Below are positions 19,497 through 29,385 of a stretch of 38,817 nt of DNA, in pieces. The notes under the pieces are model-generated. The model was not told the origin of the DNA. It worked only from the letters and a program-made list of their open reading frames with translations, and did not search any database. Position numbers and translations under genes: made by a program. The stretch is from Candidatus Poribacteria bacterium. Lineage in GTDB: Bacteria > Poribacteria > WGA-4E > UBA9662. Location: contig JAYGDX010000130.1 in assembly GCA_046582655.1 (NCBI GenBank), positions 1-38,817 of the forward strand, read 5' to 3'. Numbering within the stretch: the first letter of the stretch is position 1; each line of letters opens with the position of its first letter.

Positions 19497-20558
19497 ATGG
19501 TTTCAAATGATACTTCCAACCTAAATACCTTGACAAGTCTGGCAAAAACTTGCGGATGAGCTGCCAAAGTCAGTCCGGTCGGACTGGGAGAACTTTTGGC
19601 CAGACTACCTCAAAAGTCTGACCACAATCTGCTGGTCGGTTTTGAGACCAGCGACGATGCAGGGATCTATCGCCTGAACGATAAAATGGCTATAGTTACC
19701 ACCGCTGATTTCATCACACCACCAGTTGATGACCCTTACCTGTATGGGCAAATTGGAGCAGCTAATTCCATCAGTGATGTCTACGCCATGGGCGGACGAC
19801 CTGTGACCTGTTTGAATCTGGTTGGGTTCCCTTCGGATAAGCTGAAACCAGAGGTGCTACACGGCATCATTGAAGGGGCGCTAAGCAAAATCACTGAATC
19901 TGGAGCGGTTTTGGCTGGAGGACATACCACTGATGATGAAGAACCTAAGTTTGGGCTAGCCGTAACTGGGATTGTCGATCCGAACAAGTACTGGCGCAAC
20001 ATAGGCGCCAAGCCCGGAGATGTTTTAATTTTGACAAAGCCCATTGGTAGCGGTGTTATTTTTAACGCCAACCTGAAAGGATGGGTATCACCGTCAACTT
20101 TAGAAGATTGTCTTAATATCATCACCACACTCAACAAAGATGCAGCGGAAGCTATAGCAGACTTTGAACCTCACGCAGTAACCGATATCACAGGATTTGG
20201 GTTGGCAGGACACGCATTGGAAATGGCCAAGGGATCGGATGTGACGCTTGAAATTCAGGTGTCCGACGTCCCCGTTATGAATCAAGCTCTGGATATGTAC
20301 CAGAAGGGAATGAGTACGGGTGTAAACGCTGCCAATCGTGCCTTAATTCAGGATTTTACCCGTTTTGAAAAAGCGTTGCCTCCATGGCACCAAGAGATTT
20401 TTGTTGATCCACAGACCAGCGGTGGTTTGCTTGTTGCCGTCAGCGAATCTGTCGGCCAGGACCTTCTAAAAACACTACACCACAAAGGTGTTGAAACCGC
20501 ACGTCTGATTGGGAAAGTCACCTCTCTGGTAGAATCAAACCATTTAATCTTCACTTAA
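19497..20558 (+). CDS. selD: Selenophosphate synthetase SelD/SenC, selenoprotein (Sec21, TGA 19557-19559), 353 aa
   Basis: GGAG RBS at 19484-19487 and ATG 19497 give MVSNDTSNLNTLTSLAKTCG-U-AAKVSP in frame with the 19596 ORF; DDAGIY, DFITP, ANSISDVYAMGG, GGHT, TDITGFGLAGH, DPQTSGGLL; SECIS follows. Confidence 0.96.
19563..19600 (+). promoter_or_regulatory. Bacterial SECIS element of selD
   Basis: Upper stem CAGTCC-GGTC-GGACTG (19571-19586) starts 11 nt after the UGA, with G first in the apical loop; lower stem GCCAAAGT/ACTTT(T)GGC. Confidence 0.85.
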
Positions 20559-20580
20559 ACAAATACTATGATGTTAAGCC

Positions 20581-21597
20581 ATGAAGCATAATCCGGTTGT
20601 AGACCAAAAATCGGCACAAAGCCGAAAAATCTGCATGGTGACACCAGCACCAGCCTACTCTCGCAAAGGCAATCGTGTTACAGCACTCCGATGGGCACGC
20701 ATTCTGCGGCAACTTGGACATCAGGTTGTCATCCAACAAAGTTATCAAAAACTCAAGTGTGACCTGATGATCGCCCTACACGCGCGGCGCAGTCATGAGT
20801 CCATGGTTCATTTCCGTCGACAGCATGCTAACCTCCCGTTAATCCTTGCCCTGACTGGTACCGACCTGTACGGTGATATCCATACAGATAAATCGGCGCA
20901 ACTATCCCTGGAGATGGCAGATATTTTTGTTTTGCTTCAGCCAGAAGGGATGAATCAACTACCGTCGTCCATGCACCATAAAGCCGAGGTGATATATCAA
21001 TCAGTCACACCGCCGCCAGGACAGTTTCAACCCAAAAGAGGCCTTTTTGAGATATGAGTGATCGGGCACTTACGTCCCGTGAAGGACCCTTTTCGAGTCG
21101 CTAACGCAGTTCGGCTACTCCCTGCCTCCTCCCAAATTAAGGTATTACACGCGGGTGCAGCTCTAAGTCCAGACATGGAATCAGAGGCTGTGGCCGAAAC
21201 CGAATCAAACCCACGCTACTGTTGGCGAGGAGAATTACCACGTTGGAAAACGTTGCGGCTATTGGCTAGCAGCCGTCTGTTAGTTTTGACCTCTCAGATG
21301 GAGGGCGGAGCCAACGTGGTTTCCGAAGCCTTGGCCTGCTCCATTCCTGTTATTTCATCACGGATATCCGGTTCAATTGGCCTCCTAGGACCAGAGTATC
21401 CCGGGTACTTCCCCGTAGGTAATACACGAGCACTAGCTGATCTGCTGCACCGTGTAGAAACAGATCATCCATTCTACCTAGATCTGAAAGCGTGGTGTCA
21501 CCAACGGAAAGAAATTGTCAGCCCAGAACGGGAGAAACAGAGTTGGGAATGCTTACTGCAAAGGATTCCAGATCATAGACAACACAAATGTGAATAG
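20581..21597 (+). CDS. senB: Selenosugar synthase SenB (TIGR04348-type GT-B), 338 aa, with in-frame TGA at codon 159 (candidate Sec)
   Basis: ORFs 20581-21057 and 21058-21597 are one frame: GNRVTALRW, ALHARRS, LTGTDLY, FEI-*-VIGHLRPVKDPF, SQMEGGANVVSEA, GLLGPEYPGYFP. The family call is strong; the Sec reading is less certain. Confidence 0.88.
21057..21102 (+). promoter_or_regulatory. Candidate SECIS of senB
   Basis: Hand-folded: lower stem AGTGATCGGG (21057-21066) with TTCGA[G]TCGCT (21092-21102); upper stem GTCC-CGTGAA-GGAC (21074-21087); G second in the loop, which begins 20 nt after the UGA. A competing fold exists. Confidence 0.45.
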
Positions 21598-21605
21598 AGA
21601 GACGT

Positions 21606-23159
21606 TTAAGTCATAATGTCCTTCTTCACTTGTGTGTCATCGTCACCTTGGCGCAATCCCCTTGGAATAAGCACCCGATCTAAAAATTCAAACAGGAAAT
21701 GAATAAGTAAGGCTAAGAGAGCAACCGGTATGGCTCCCTGTAAGATGTAAATTTCAGGTGCGTTGAGGTCGATACCGCTTAAGATCGGTTCCCCCAAACC
21801 ACCAACACCGATGAAAGCCGCAATAGTTCCTAATGCCACAGTCATGATACCGCTAGTTTTAATGCCCGACAGTATGGTTCGGGATGCCATGGGTAGGAAG
21901 ATCTTTGTGAGTTGAGCACTCGGTTTAAGTCCGATGGCAGCAGCAGATTCACGCAACTGAACCGAGATGTTCTGTAACCCTGTCGCGGTGTTGTGAACAA
22001 TGGGTAACAGGGCATAAAGAACCAGCGCCGTTATCGCATTTTTTTCAGACGTACCTAAAAACGGAATAAACAGAGCAAACAGACAAAGCGATGGAATAGT
22101 GTAGATAATACCCGTCACCCCAAGAATTAACTGGCTAAATATTCCCGGTCGGCTGGCAATTATTCCCAATGGCACACCAATCAGGACAGCAAAGATCATG
22201 GTCAGCAAAACCAATTTAAGATGCTGAAATGTAAATTTTGCGACTTTGCTGGTAAAGCTAGTACTCATGGGTGTTAAAATGGAACTCGAAGTCGACTCTT
22301 CAGTCACAGCAGATTTTGTTTGGCTAAAATAGAGTGACGCCGCAACAGTATAGTCCTTTTCTTTTTCAGCTTTCTGGTTCAACTGCATCATCAGTTTTTC
22401 GTCGATCGTTTCTTCTAGTGTTTTGATGATGGCGATGGATTTGGGATCGGTATCATGCCGATAAAGGAAAACGGCATCGTATTTGGGAAAAAACTCCAAG
22501 TCGTCGATTAATACTGTCAGCTCGAATTTCAGCAGTTTCGCATCGGTGGAATAGGCTTCCATTAAATCAATTTCGTCATTTCTAAGGGCAACATAAGCTA
22601 ACTCATGAGCCATGCCCTTTACGTTTTCCATTTGCAAACCATAGTGCGCGGATAGACTCTTCCAGCCATCCTGCCGGTTAAGGAACTCGTGAGTCAATCC
22701 CGCCGTTAAAGAAGGATGGCTTTTCAAGTCACTGATCCGTTGAATCTCCAAACTTGATGCTCTGTCCTGCCTCATAGCAATGGCATAGGTGTTATTAAAT
22801 CCCAATTTACCGGTCATAGCCACACCGTATTCCAACAATCTCCCCTGCATTTGATCAAAGGTCAAATCAGTTTCTGATTTTAGGATGGCTTGACGGATGG
22901 TGCCTGTGTAATCGGGATAGATATCGATATCACCATTCTTGAGAGCTTCCCAGACGATGATAGTCCCACCCATGCGTTGTTTATGTTCAACGGTAACTCC
23001 GCTCTCTCTGAGCAAATGCGCGGTGATTTCTCCGAGTACAACCGATTCAGTAAATTTCTTCGATCCGATGGTGATTTCTTGAGCTTTAATGGAACCGATC
23101 GATAGCAAAGCAATGAAGCAGCATACTAATAGACACTTGAGGCGTAGGAAGAGAGTCAT
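21606..23159 (-). CDS. Fused substrate-binding/permease subunit of a betaine-type ABC transporter (OpuB/EgtU family)
   Basis: GSKKFTES, YPDYTGT, GFNNTYA, EFLNRQDGW, AYSTD, FFPKY, then TM domain with TIPSL, ESAAAIG, IGVGGLG. Confidence 0.88.
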   Translation of the reverse strand: MTLFLRLKCLLVCCFIALLSIGSIKAQEITIGSKKFTESVVLGEITAHLLRESGVTVEHKQRMGGTIIVWEALKNGDIDIYPDYTGTIRQAILKSETDLTFDQMQGRLLEYGVAMTGKLGFNNTYAIAMRQDRASSLEIQRISDLKSHPSLTAGLTHEFLNRQDGWKSLSAHYGLQMENVKGMAHELAYVALRNDEIDLMEAYSTDAKLLKFELTVLIDDLEFFPKYDAVFLYRHDTDPKSIAIIKTLEETIDEKLMMQLNQKAEKEKDYTVAASLYFSQTKSAVTEESTSSSILTPMSTSFTSKVAKFTFQHLKLVLLTMIFAVLIGVPLGIIASRPGIFSQLILGVTGIIYTIPSLCLFALFIPFLGTSEKNAITALVLYALLPIVHNTATGLQNISVQLRESAAAIGLKPSAQLTKIFLPMASRTILSGIKTSGIMTVALGTIAAFIGVGGLGEPILSGIDLNAPEIYILQGAIPVALLALLIHFLFEFLDRVLIPRGLRQGDDDTQVKKDIMT

Positions 23160-23890
23160 ATTTCGATCAAGCTCCTTTGGCTAGTGATAAATTTGGTTAC
23201 AAACGTATCAGCTGGTTGATTCTGCAGTTGATCAAGCGTACCTTGTTGCACAACCTGTCCCGATTTGAGCAGCACAATAACATCACCAAGATAAGCCGCT
23301 TCATGCAGGTCATGGGTAACTAAGACCACTGTTTTTCCCAGACTCTGAAAGATGTCCTTCAGCTCTTGCTGAAGGCTAGAACGAACAATTGGATCTAAAG
23401 CGCCTAACGGTTCATCCAACAACAAAACACCTGGATCAAGGGTTAGCGAACGCATGAGACTGACTCGCTGCCGCTGGCCACCAGACAGTTCGCTGGGGAA
23501 ATTATTCAGTAAATCAGACGGGAAATCCGTTAATCGGCATAATTCTTCCAAACGTTGCTGCATCTCGGTTCGAGGTTGGTTTAATTCTCTTGGCATCAAC
23601 AACACATTCTGACTAGCAGTTAAATGTGGAAACAATCCTCCATCCTGAATTACATAGCCAGTACGCCTGCGAATCTCCAAAATGTTGTTGGGTGAAATGG
23701 TCTGCCCCTCGAATTCGACGACACCCTGAGTAGGGGCAATCAAACCGTTAATCAACCTCAATATGGTTGATTTCCCACATCCGCTGGGGCCAATCAAAGC
23801 AGTGACTTTCCCTTTTTCAATATTCAAATCGGTTGGGCAAAGGGCAACTACACTTCCATAATTTTTACTGACATTTTTTAACTGAATCAT
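23156..23890 (-). CDS. ABC ATPase of the OpuBA/EgtV family
   Basis: GPSGCGKST, GYVIQDGGLFPH, LSGGQRQR, LLDEPLGALD, VTHD; ATGA overlap with the permease gene. Confidence 0.92.
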   Translation of the reverse strand: MIQLKNVSKNYGSVVALCPTDLNIEKGKVTALIGPSGCGKSTILRLINGLIAPTQGVVEFEGQTISPNNILEIRRRTGYVIQDGGLFPHLTASQNVLLMPRELNQPRTEMQQRLEELCRLTDFPSDLLNNFPSELSGGQRQRVSLMRSLTLDPGVLLLDEPLGALDPIVRSSLQQELKDIFQSLGKTVVLVTHDLHEAAYLGDVIVLLKSGQVVQQGTLDQLQNQPADTFVTKFITSQRSLIEI

Positions 23891-23891
23891 C

Positions 23892-24911
23892 TCAGGTTTC
23901 CTTACTGGACCGAGGACATAGCATTACAACCGAGAACCATCCCCGCTCGTCTTGCCACTGTTGTTCTATTTCAAACCCAGATGCTTGACTGATTTCATTA
24001 AAATGTGTAATTGTATACTTATAGCTGTTTTCAGTATGGATATATTCCCCCTCACTCAAATCGTATGATTCTCCAGTGTCCCGAATGGACACAGACTGAT
24101 CAACACGGCTAATCAGCCGCATTTCAATCCTTGATTCCGATTCGATGAACGGTGCCCAATGATCAAACTGATTGATCACAAAATTAGCACCAATTTCTCG
24201 GTTAAGTCGAATCAGTAGGTTCTTGTTAAAGGCTTCCGTCACCCCGGAACTATCGTTGTAGGCAGCTTCAATAATGGAGGTTTCTTTGACCAAATCAACG
24301 CCGATCAGCAACCGATCGGATGGAGACATGTGTTCCCGGACCTGTTGGAGAAAAACTGAAGCTTCGCCTGAATCAAAGTTACTAATATTACTGCCCAAAA
24401 AGAGGATTAAAGCAGGACTGATACTTTGTTGTGCCAAAATCGGCATGGCGGCCTGGTATTCAGCAGCCATAGCAGTGACGGAAAGCTGATTATATTCCGT
24501 TAACAATTGGATGGAAGACTGTAACAAGAACTCGGATGAAATGTCAATAGGAATATAGTGTAATGTTGCTTGTCTTTCAAGAATAGCATCGATCAACAGA
24601 CGTGTTTTACCAGAGTTTCCGCTTCCAAGCTCAACCAAAGAGAGACCTTGAGAAACTCCTTGTATTATCTCAGCTGCCTTGGTCCGAAGTATCTGCTCCT
24701 CAGTTCGCGTGATGTGATATTCAGGCAACTGACAAATTTTTTCAAACAGTTTCGAACCGACTGAATCATAGAATAACCAACATGGTAAAGATTTCGGAGT
24801 TTGTAACAGACCTCTGCTCACTGCAGAGATGATAGATTCTAACGGCTTGGTGGTTTCTACTTCAACCAGATTGACACCAGAAACCACACGTCTTTTGTTT
24901 TGCAAATCCAT
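23892..24911 (-). CDS. egtD: L-histidine N-alpha-trimethyltransferase (hercynine synthase)
   Basis: PKSLPCWLFYDSVGSKLFEKICQLPEYHITRTE, ELGSGNSGKT, FLGSNISN, AYND, FNKN, RIEM, IHTENSYKY. Confidence 0.93.
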   Translation of the reverse strand: MDLQNKRRVVSGVNLVEVETTKPLESIISAVSRGLLQTPKSLPCWLFYDSVGSKLFEKICQLPEYHITRTEEQILRTKAAEIIQGVSQGLSLVELGSGNSGKTRLLIDAILERQATLHYIPIDISSEFLLQSSIQLLTEYNQLSVTAMAAEYQAAMPILAQQSISPALILFLGSNISNFDSGEASVFLQQVREHMSPSDRLLIGVDLVKETSIIEAAYNDSSGVTEAFNKNLLIRLNREIGANFVINQFDHWAPFIESESRIEMRLISRVDQSVSIRDTGESYDLSEGEYIHTENSYKYTITHFNEISQASGFEIEQQWQDERGWFSVVMLCPRSSKET

Positions 24912-25077
24912 TCCCTATGGATTAACTACAAGTATTTGACAGCTGATTGGATTCAAAAAATTGAAATAAAAAAATCTCACTTAACCTTTTGAATTGTAAA
25001 GCAAGAGATCAATATAATCAATACGTTTGGAGATCCTGATAAACATCCAATTGAAAATTATTACTTGATTTCAATAT

Positions 25078-26841
25078 CTAATCGAGGTTATCTTCCTGGT
25101 TGGTCTTCAGCCAAGTTTCCGCTGCCTGCATATGAGGTAAATCTGGATCGGCATGCTGCCAAGATGAAAGAAAATTCTTATAAGCTGCTGTCGCCTTGAC
25201 CTTCTTACCAGCCAATGCGTACGACCTGGCAATTCCAAACAGCGCGTGTCCGCTACTGGGTCGGAACGACAAAATATCTTGGTAGGCCTTTCGGGCATTT
25301 GGCCAATCCTTTATCCGCAGGTATGCCGCAGCCAAACTTTCCTGCACTGGACGGGGATAAAAAGGCGGATCACCCACAAAAGATTTTTTCCCTTTTTCTA
25401 TGGCACGTTCAAATAGTTCAATCGCTTCTTCATGATTGCCTTTCACACTTTCGATATTCCCGCGCAATTCCAGAGATGTTGTAGCAAGCCGGTTAATTTC
25501 GTGCTCGGATAGACGCTGATTGCCAGATTTGGATTTGTCAAGACTAAGTTGCCAAAGTGAAGCGTCCAAAGCTATTGCTAATTGATTAGCCTGATCTACA
25601 TTCCCTTTATCTAATACTGCCATTGCCTTAGCGAACAATAAAAGATGTTTCCGCAAATCTTTCGCCCTTGTACTGACGTCCTCAGGCACTTCAATCAAGC
25701 TATCCACAACCGCCTGCCAGAAACCAAAGCGCAAGTTAAAATCAGGTATAGTGAACAATGATTTACGCTCAAAATACCAGTACCAAGGAGAATCAGACGC
25801 TTTATCTTTTGTTGTCCCCTTCTTTCCCTTTGAACTTAATGGCAGCTTTTCTAGTGTCTGGCTCCATCTCATTCCATCCTGATAACGACCAGCTTCAGCA
25901 CAGTTAGCAACCATAAATTGCAGATTATGCCAATAATTCCAATTATCTATTGGTTCGATGCTCTGTAGTCTAATATAGCCTGAATCGGCTTTAGCAGAAT
26001 CTGCAAAACTTTGATAGGCTCTCTGATAATCGCCTACCTTGAAAAAGATGTGCCCGGGCATATGAACAATATGGCCAGACTTAGGCGCCAGTTCGGCCAA
26101 TTTCTCAGCGCTATTAAACGCTGCTTCAGGATGCTCATCTTCCAAACCATGAATCCAGTAATGATGCGCGCCGTGGTGATTCGGATAAGAATTTAAAATA
26201 TTCCGTAAAATTGATTGGCTATAAATTGCCCCTCCCTTCGGACGCTTTTCCGTATCATATCCTCCAGATGTTCTACCGAGATAACCTGCGTAAAACAGTT
26301 TGGCTTCCACATCATCCGGGTATCGGTCAATTAATGTCTCCATCTCTCTGACGTATCCTACTCGATCATTCTTATTTAGCAAAGATGCGGCACGGATATA
26401 GTATTGTTCGTACTGATTAGCCTTTGAACTCAATGCAATCGCTTTTTCTATAGCCGATTTTTGCATTTCGGTCTTTTGGTCTCCAGTAACAAGAGGCCTA
26501 CCGCGAGATAACGCCACATAAATCCCCCAATAAGCCATAGCGCAGGAATCATCGTACTGCACTGCTTCCTTAAACGCACGTAGGGCTTCAAACCACCAAA
26601 AGCAGTGTAAGAGACTAAGTCCTTGATTGAAATATTTTTGAGCCATCTCAGATTGGGTGGTAATTATGAGTGAGCTGTTTCCAGTACCATCTACCAACGC
26701 AGGAGACGTGTAAGGGGTGAAATAGGGCCAAAACGATTCAATATCCATCTTCGGTTCTTCTGTCTGTTGCGGGGATTGGTCAGAAGATGATACTGAACTA
26801 AACGCCAACAGTAAGAATAGTGGGATGACCAAGTATTTCAT
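25078..26841 (-). CDS. Secreted TPR-repeat protein
   Basis: Signal peptide; AQKYFNQGL, CAMAYWG, HHGAHHYWIH, GHIVHMPGHIF; TPR-like helices. Confidence 0.85.
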   Translation of the reverse strand: MKYLVIPLFLLLAFSSVSSSDQSPQQTEEPKMDIESFWPYFTPYTSPALVDGTGNSSLIITTQSEMAQKYFNQGLSLLHCFWWFEALRAFKEAVQYDDSCAMAYWGIYVALSRGRPLVTGDQKTEMQKSAIEKAIALSSKANQYEQYYIRAASLLNKNDRVGYVREMETLIDRYPDDVEAKLFYAGYLGRTSGGYDTEKRPKGGAIYSQSILRNILNSYPNHHGAHHYWIHGLEDEHPEAAFNSAEKLAELAPKSGHIVHMPGHIFFKVGDYQRAYQSFADSAKADSGYIRLQSIEPIDNWNYWHNLQFMVANCAEAGRYQDGMRWSQTLEKLPLSSKGKKGTTKDKASDSPWYWYFERKSLFTIPDFNLRFGFWQAVVDSLIEVPEDVSTRAKDLRKHLLLFAKAMAVLDKGNVDQANQLAIALDASLWQLSLDKSKSGNQRLSEHEINRLATTSLELRGNIESVKGNHEEAIELFERAIEKGKKSFVGDPPFYPRPVQESLAAAYLRIKDWPNARKAYQDILSFRPSSGHALFGIARSYALAGKKVKATAAYKNFLSSWQHADPDLPHMQAAETWLKTNQEDNLD

Positions 26842-27136
26842 AGATTGTCACTGCCCCAGTTGCAAATGCAAAACATTTAAGATAATACTGAACTAATATG
26901 ACCAGAAGAATTGTAGCACCAATCACAATTATTGACAATTCAATCTCGGCTAGCCTAAATCGTCGCATGTGATCATAAAAAGATCGACCAAGAGCAATCT
27001 CACTGTAATGCGTCTCAATCATGATTTGCTGACAGTGATAATTGTTGACAGTCTCCAGTTGATAACCTATAATCTGAAAATACTGTTTTGCTAACTGCAT
27101 TACCAATTCCAGAACTAAAAACTGAGTGATAGTCGG

Positions 27137-28207
27137 GTGAGCCAAAAATCTATTCGCCTGCTGAAAGACCTGACACAGGCCGATGCTATTTCCGGGTATG
27201 AATTTGAAGTAAAATCAATCTTCCGATCCCGATTAGAAAAAGCTGGAGACATTAGTCAAGATCGAATTGGCAGTACCTTTTGCACGAAAGTGGGTCATTC
27301 AGGAACTCCACGCGTTCTGCTCGATTCTCATATGGATGAGATAGGTTTCCTCGTTCAGCGAATCACCTCTTCCGGATTTGTAAAATTCGTCACCGTCGGC
27401 GGATGGTGGTCACATACGTTACTAGCGCAAAGAGTTAATATCCTAACCAAAGATGGCAAGGTTCCGGGGGTTATAGGCGCCACACCACCACACCTACTGG
27501 ATAAAGGCAAACGTGATCAAGTAATAGATCTACAGGACCTTTACATTGATATCGGAGCAGAAGATCGATGTCAGGCAGTCGAAGATTTTGGGGTAAAACC
27601 CGGCTGTGCCATTGTGCCTGTTGGCCCTTTTCTTCCACTAAAAAACCCTAAACTGTTTTCAGCCAAGGCCTTTGACAACCGTGTGGGTGTTGCCCTGGTT
27701 ATTGAAACGCTAGAACGGCTAAAGGATCACCCTAACACCGTCATTGGCAGTGGTACGGTACAGGAAGAAGTTGGGTTGCGAGGAGCAACCACCATTGGGC
27801 ACTCTACCCAACCAGACGTGGCAATTGTCTTAGAATGTCCGCCTGCAGATGACATTCCCGGTTTCGATAACGATGCAGCCCAAGGCAAGTTAGGTAATGG
27901 ATGTCAGATCCGGTTGTTTGATCCCACTCATATTGCCAATCCTCCGTTGGCTGACCTTGTTATTCAAACAGCAGAAGAGTACCAAATCCCCCACCAGATC
28001 GCCGTCAGGCAGTCTGGTGGTACGAACGCGGGTGAAATCCACAAAAGCCATGCAGGTATTCCATCAATTGTATTGGGTGTTCCAGCACGATACATTCATA
28101 GCCATGTATCCATTATTCATATCGATGATTACCACGCAACGCTGGATTTAATCCTGAAAACAATTAGCAGGCTGGATAAATCACTGGTCGATTCATTGGT
28201 ACAGTAA
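27137..28207 (+). CDS. M42-family metallo-aminopeptidase
   Basis: SHMDEIG, KAFDNRVG, QEEVGLRGA, GGTNAG, PARYIHS. Confidence 0.93.
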   Translation: MSQKSIRLLKDLTQADAISGYEFEVKSIFRSRLEKAGDISQDRIGSTFCTKVGHSGTPRVLLDSHMDEIGFLVQRITSSGFVKFVTVGGWWSHTLLAQRVNILTKDGKVPGVIGATPPHLLDKGKRDQVIDLQDLYIDIGAEDRCQAVEDFGVKPGCAIVPVGPFLPLKNPKLFSAKAFDNRVGVALVIETLERLKDHPNTVIGSGTVQEEVGLRGATTIGHSTQPDVAIVLECPPADDIPGFDNDAAQGKLGNGCQIRLFDPTHIANPPLADLVIQTAEEYQIPHQIAVRQSGGTNAGEIHKSHAGIPSIVLGVPARYIHSHVSIIHIDDYHATLDLILKTISRLDKSLVDSLVQ

Positions 28208-28218
28208 GAGGAAAAACG

Positions 28219-29340
28219 ATGGCACATGCCTACACACCAGGACTGACAGTAACACCTGCCATGATCGTACGCAGCATACGCCGTCTACCTCTAGCAGGAG
28301 AGGTTGTATCAGGAATAGGAGATCGGGTAAAAGCGGAAGACGTCGTAGCCAAAACGGATTTGCCCGGCAATGTTCGAATCCTGAACGTTGCCAATCTGCT
28401 AAGCATTGAGGTAGCCGAGATAAACGAGTACATGTTGAAGACAGAGGGCGACTCGGTTACTCAAAACGAGATAATAGCGGAAACAAAAGGCTTGTTCGGC
28501 ATTTTTAAGTCGCAAGCTACATGTCCGACCAACGGCAACATTGAGAGTATCAGTCAGATCACCGGTCAGGTTCTGATTAGGGAACCGTCAATACCAGTAG
28601 TGGTAAGAGGCTATATTGACGGTACAGTTGTTGAAGTCCTACCTGAAGAAGGTGTTGTTGTTGAAACATATGGCACCTATATCCAAGGGATTTTCGGTGT
28701 GGGTGGAGAAATCGTTGGAGACCTTGAGGTGATCGTTGATAGTGCTTCCAGCCCATTGACACCAAATCTCATTGATGATTCGCACCAAGGGAAAATTATC
28801 GTTGGCGGGTCAATGGTCAGCCACGAAGCAATACAATCAGCTATTGAAAAGGGGGTCAAGGGGATTGTCTGTGGCGGCATTAGTGATAAGGATTTGCATG
28901 ATTTGCTCGGTTACGAATTGGGGATAGCCATCACCGGCTCAGAAGATATCGGAATCACTTTGGTGATCACCGAAGGTTTTGGCCAGATTGATATGGCCCA
29001 GCGAACGTTTGATCTACTGCGGCAAAGAAAGGATATGCAAACTTCAATCAACGGCGCCACTCAGATCCGTGCCGGTGTTGTTCGACCAGAGATCATCATT
29101 CCAATCGAAGAGACCGAATCGGCAAAAGAAGGTGAAGTTACGGCCAACGTGCTTGAAATCGGCACACAGGTTCGCGTGATTCGGGAGCCGAATTTTGGGA
29201 GCCTTGGTCAAGTTTCTGCCCTTCCAGCAGAACCGCAACAACTGGAAAGCGAGGCCAAGGTTCGAGTGCTGGAAATCACCTTGGAAAACGGAGATCAGGC
29301 GACTTTACCTCGTGCTAACGTGGAGATCATAGGAGTGTAA
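28219..29340 (+). CDS. Conserved hypothetical protein (barrel-sandwich hybrid-like segments and C-terminal KOW/SH3-like domain)
   Basis: GAGG RBS; AYTPGL, IQGIFGVGGE, ITEGFG, INGATQIRAGVVRPE, C-terminal GTQVRVIREPNFG...PRANVE. Confidence 0.75.
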   Translation: MAHAYTPGLTVTPAMIVRSIRRLPLAGEVVSGIGDRVKAEDVVAKTDLPGNVRILNVANLLSIEVAEINEYMLKTEGDSVTQNEIIAETKGLFGIFKSQATCPTNGNIESISQITGQVLIREPSIPVVVRGYIDGTVVEVLPEEGVVVETYGTYIQGIFGVGGEIVGDLEVIVDSASSPLTPNLIDDSHQGKIIVGGSMVSHEAIQSAIEKGVKGIVCGGISDKDLHDLLGYELGIAITGSEDIGITLVITEGFGQIDMAQRTFDLLRQRKDMQTSINGATQIRAGVVRPEIIIPIEETESAKEGEVTANVLEIGTQVRVIREPNFGSLGQVSALPAEPQQLESEAKVRVLEITLENGDQATLPRANVEIIGV

Positions 29341-29385
29341 TGTTGTCTGATTGCCCAAGACGTTCATGACAGCAGGAAATTAACA

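Noticed and set aside
19596..20558. ORF-track SelD starting at TTG 19596
   Set aside because: It omits the catalytic U-x-x-K loop; ATG 19497 with an RBS and SECIS explains the gene better
26798..27145. 115-aa minus-strand ORF with a faintly prepilin-like hydrophobic stretch
   Set aside because: It overlaps the starts of both divergent genes and lacks a G-F-T-L-x-E motif; probably promoter DNA
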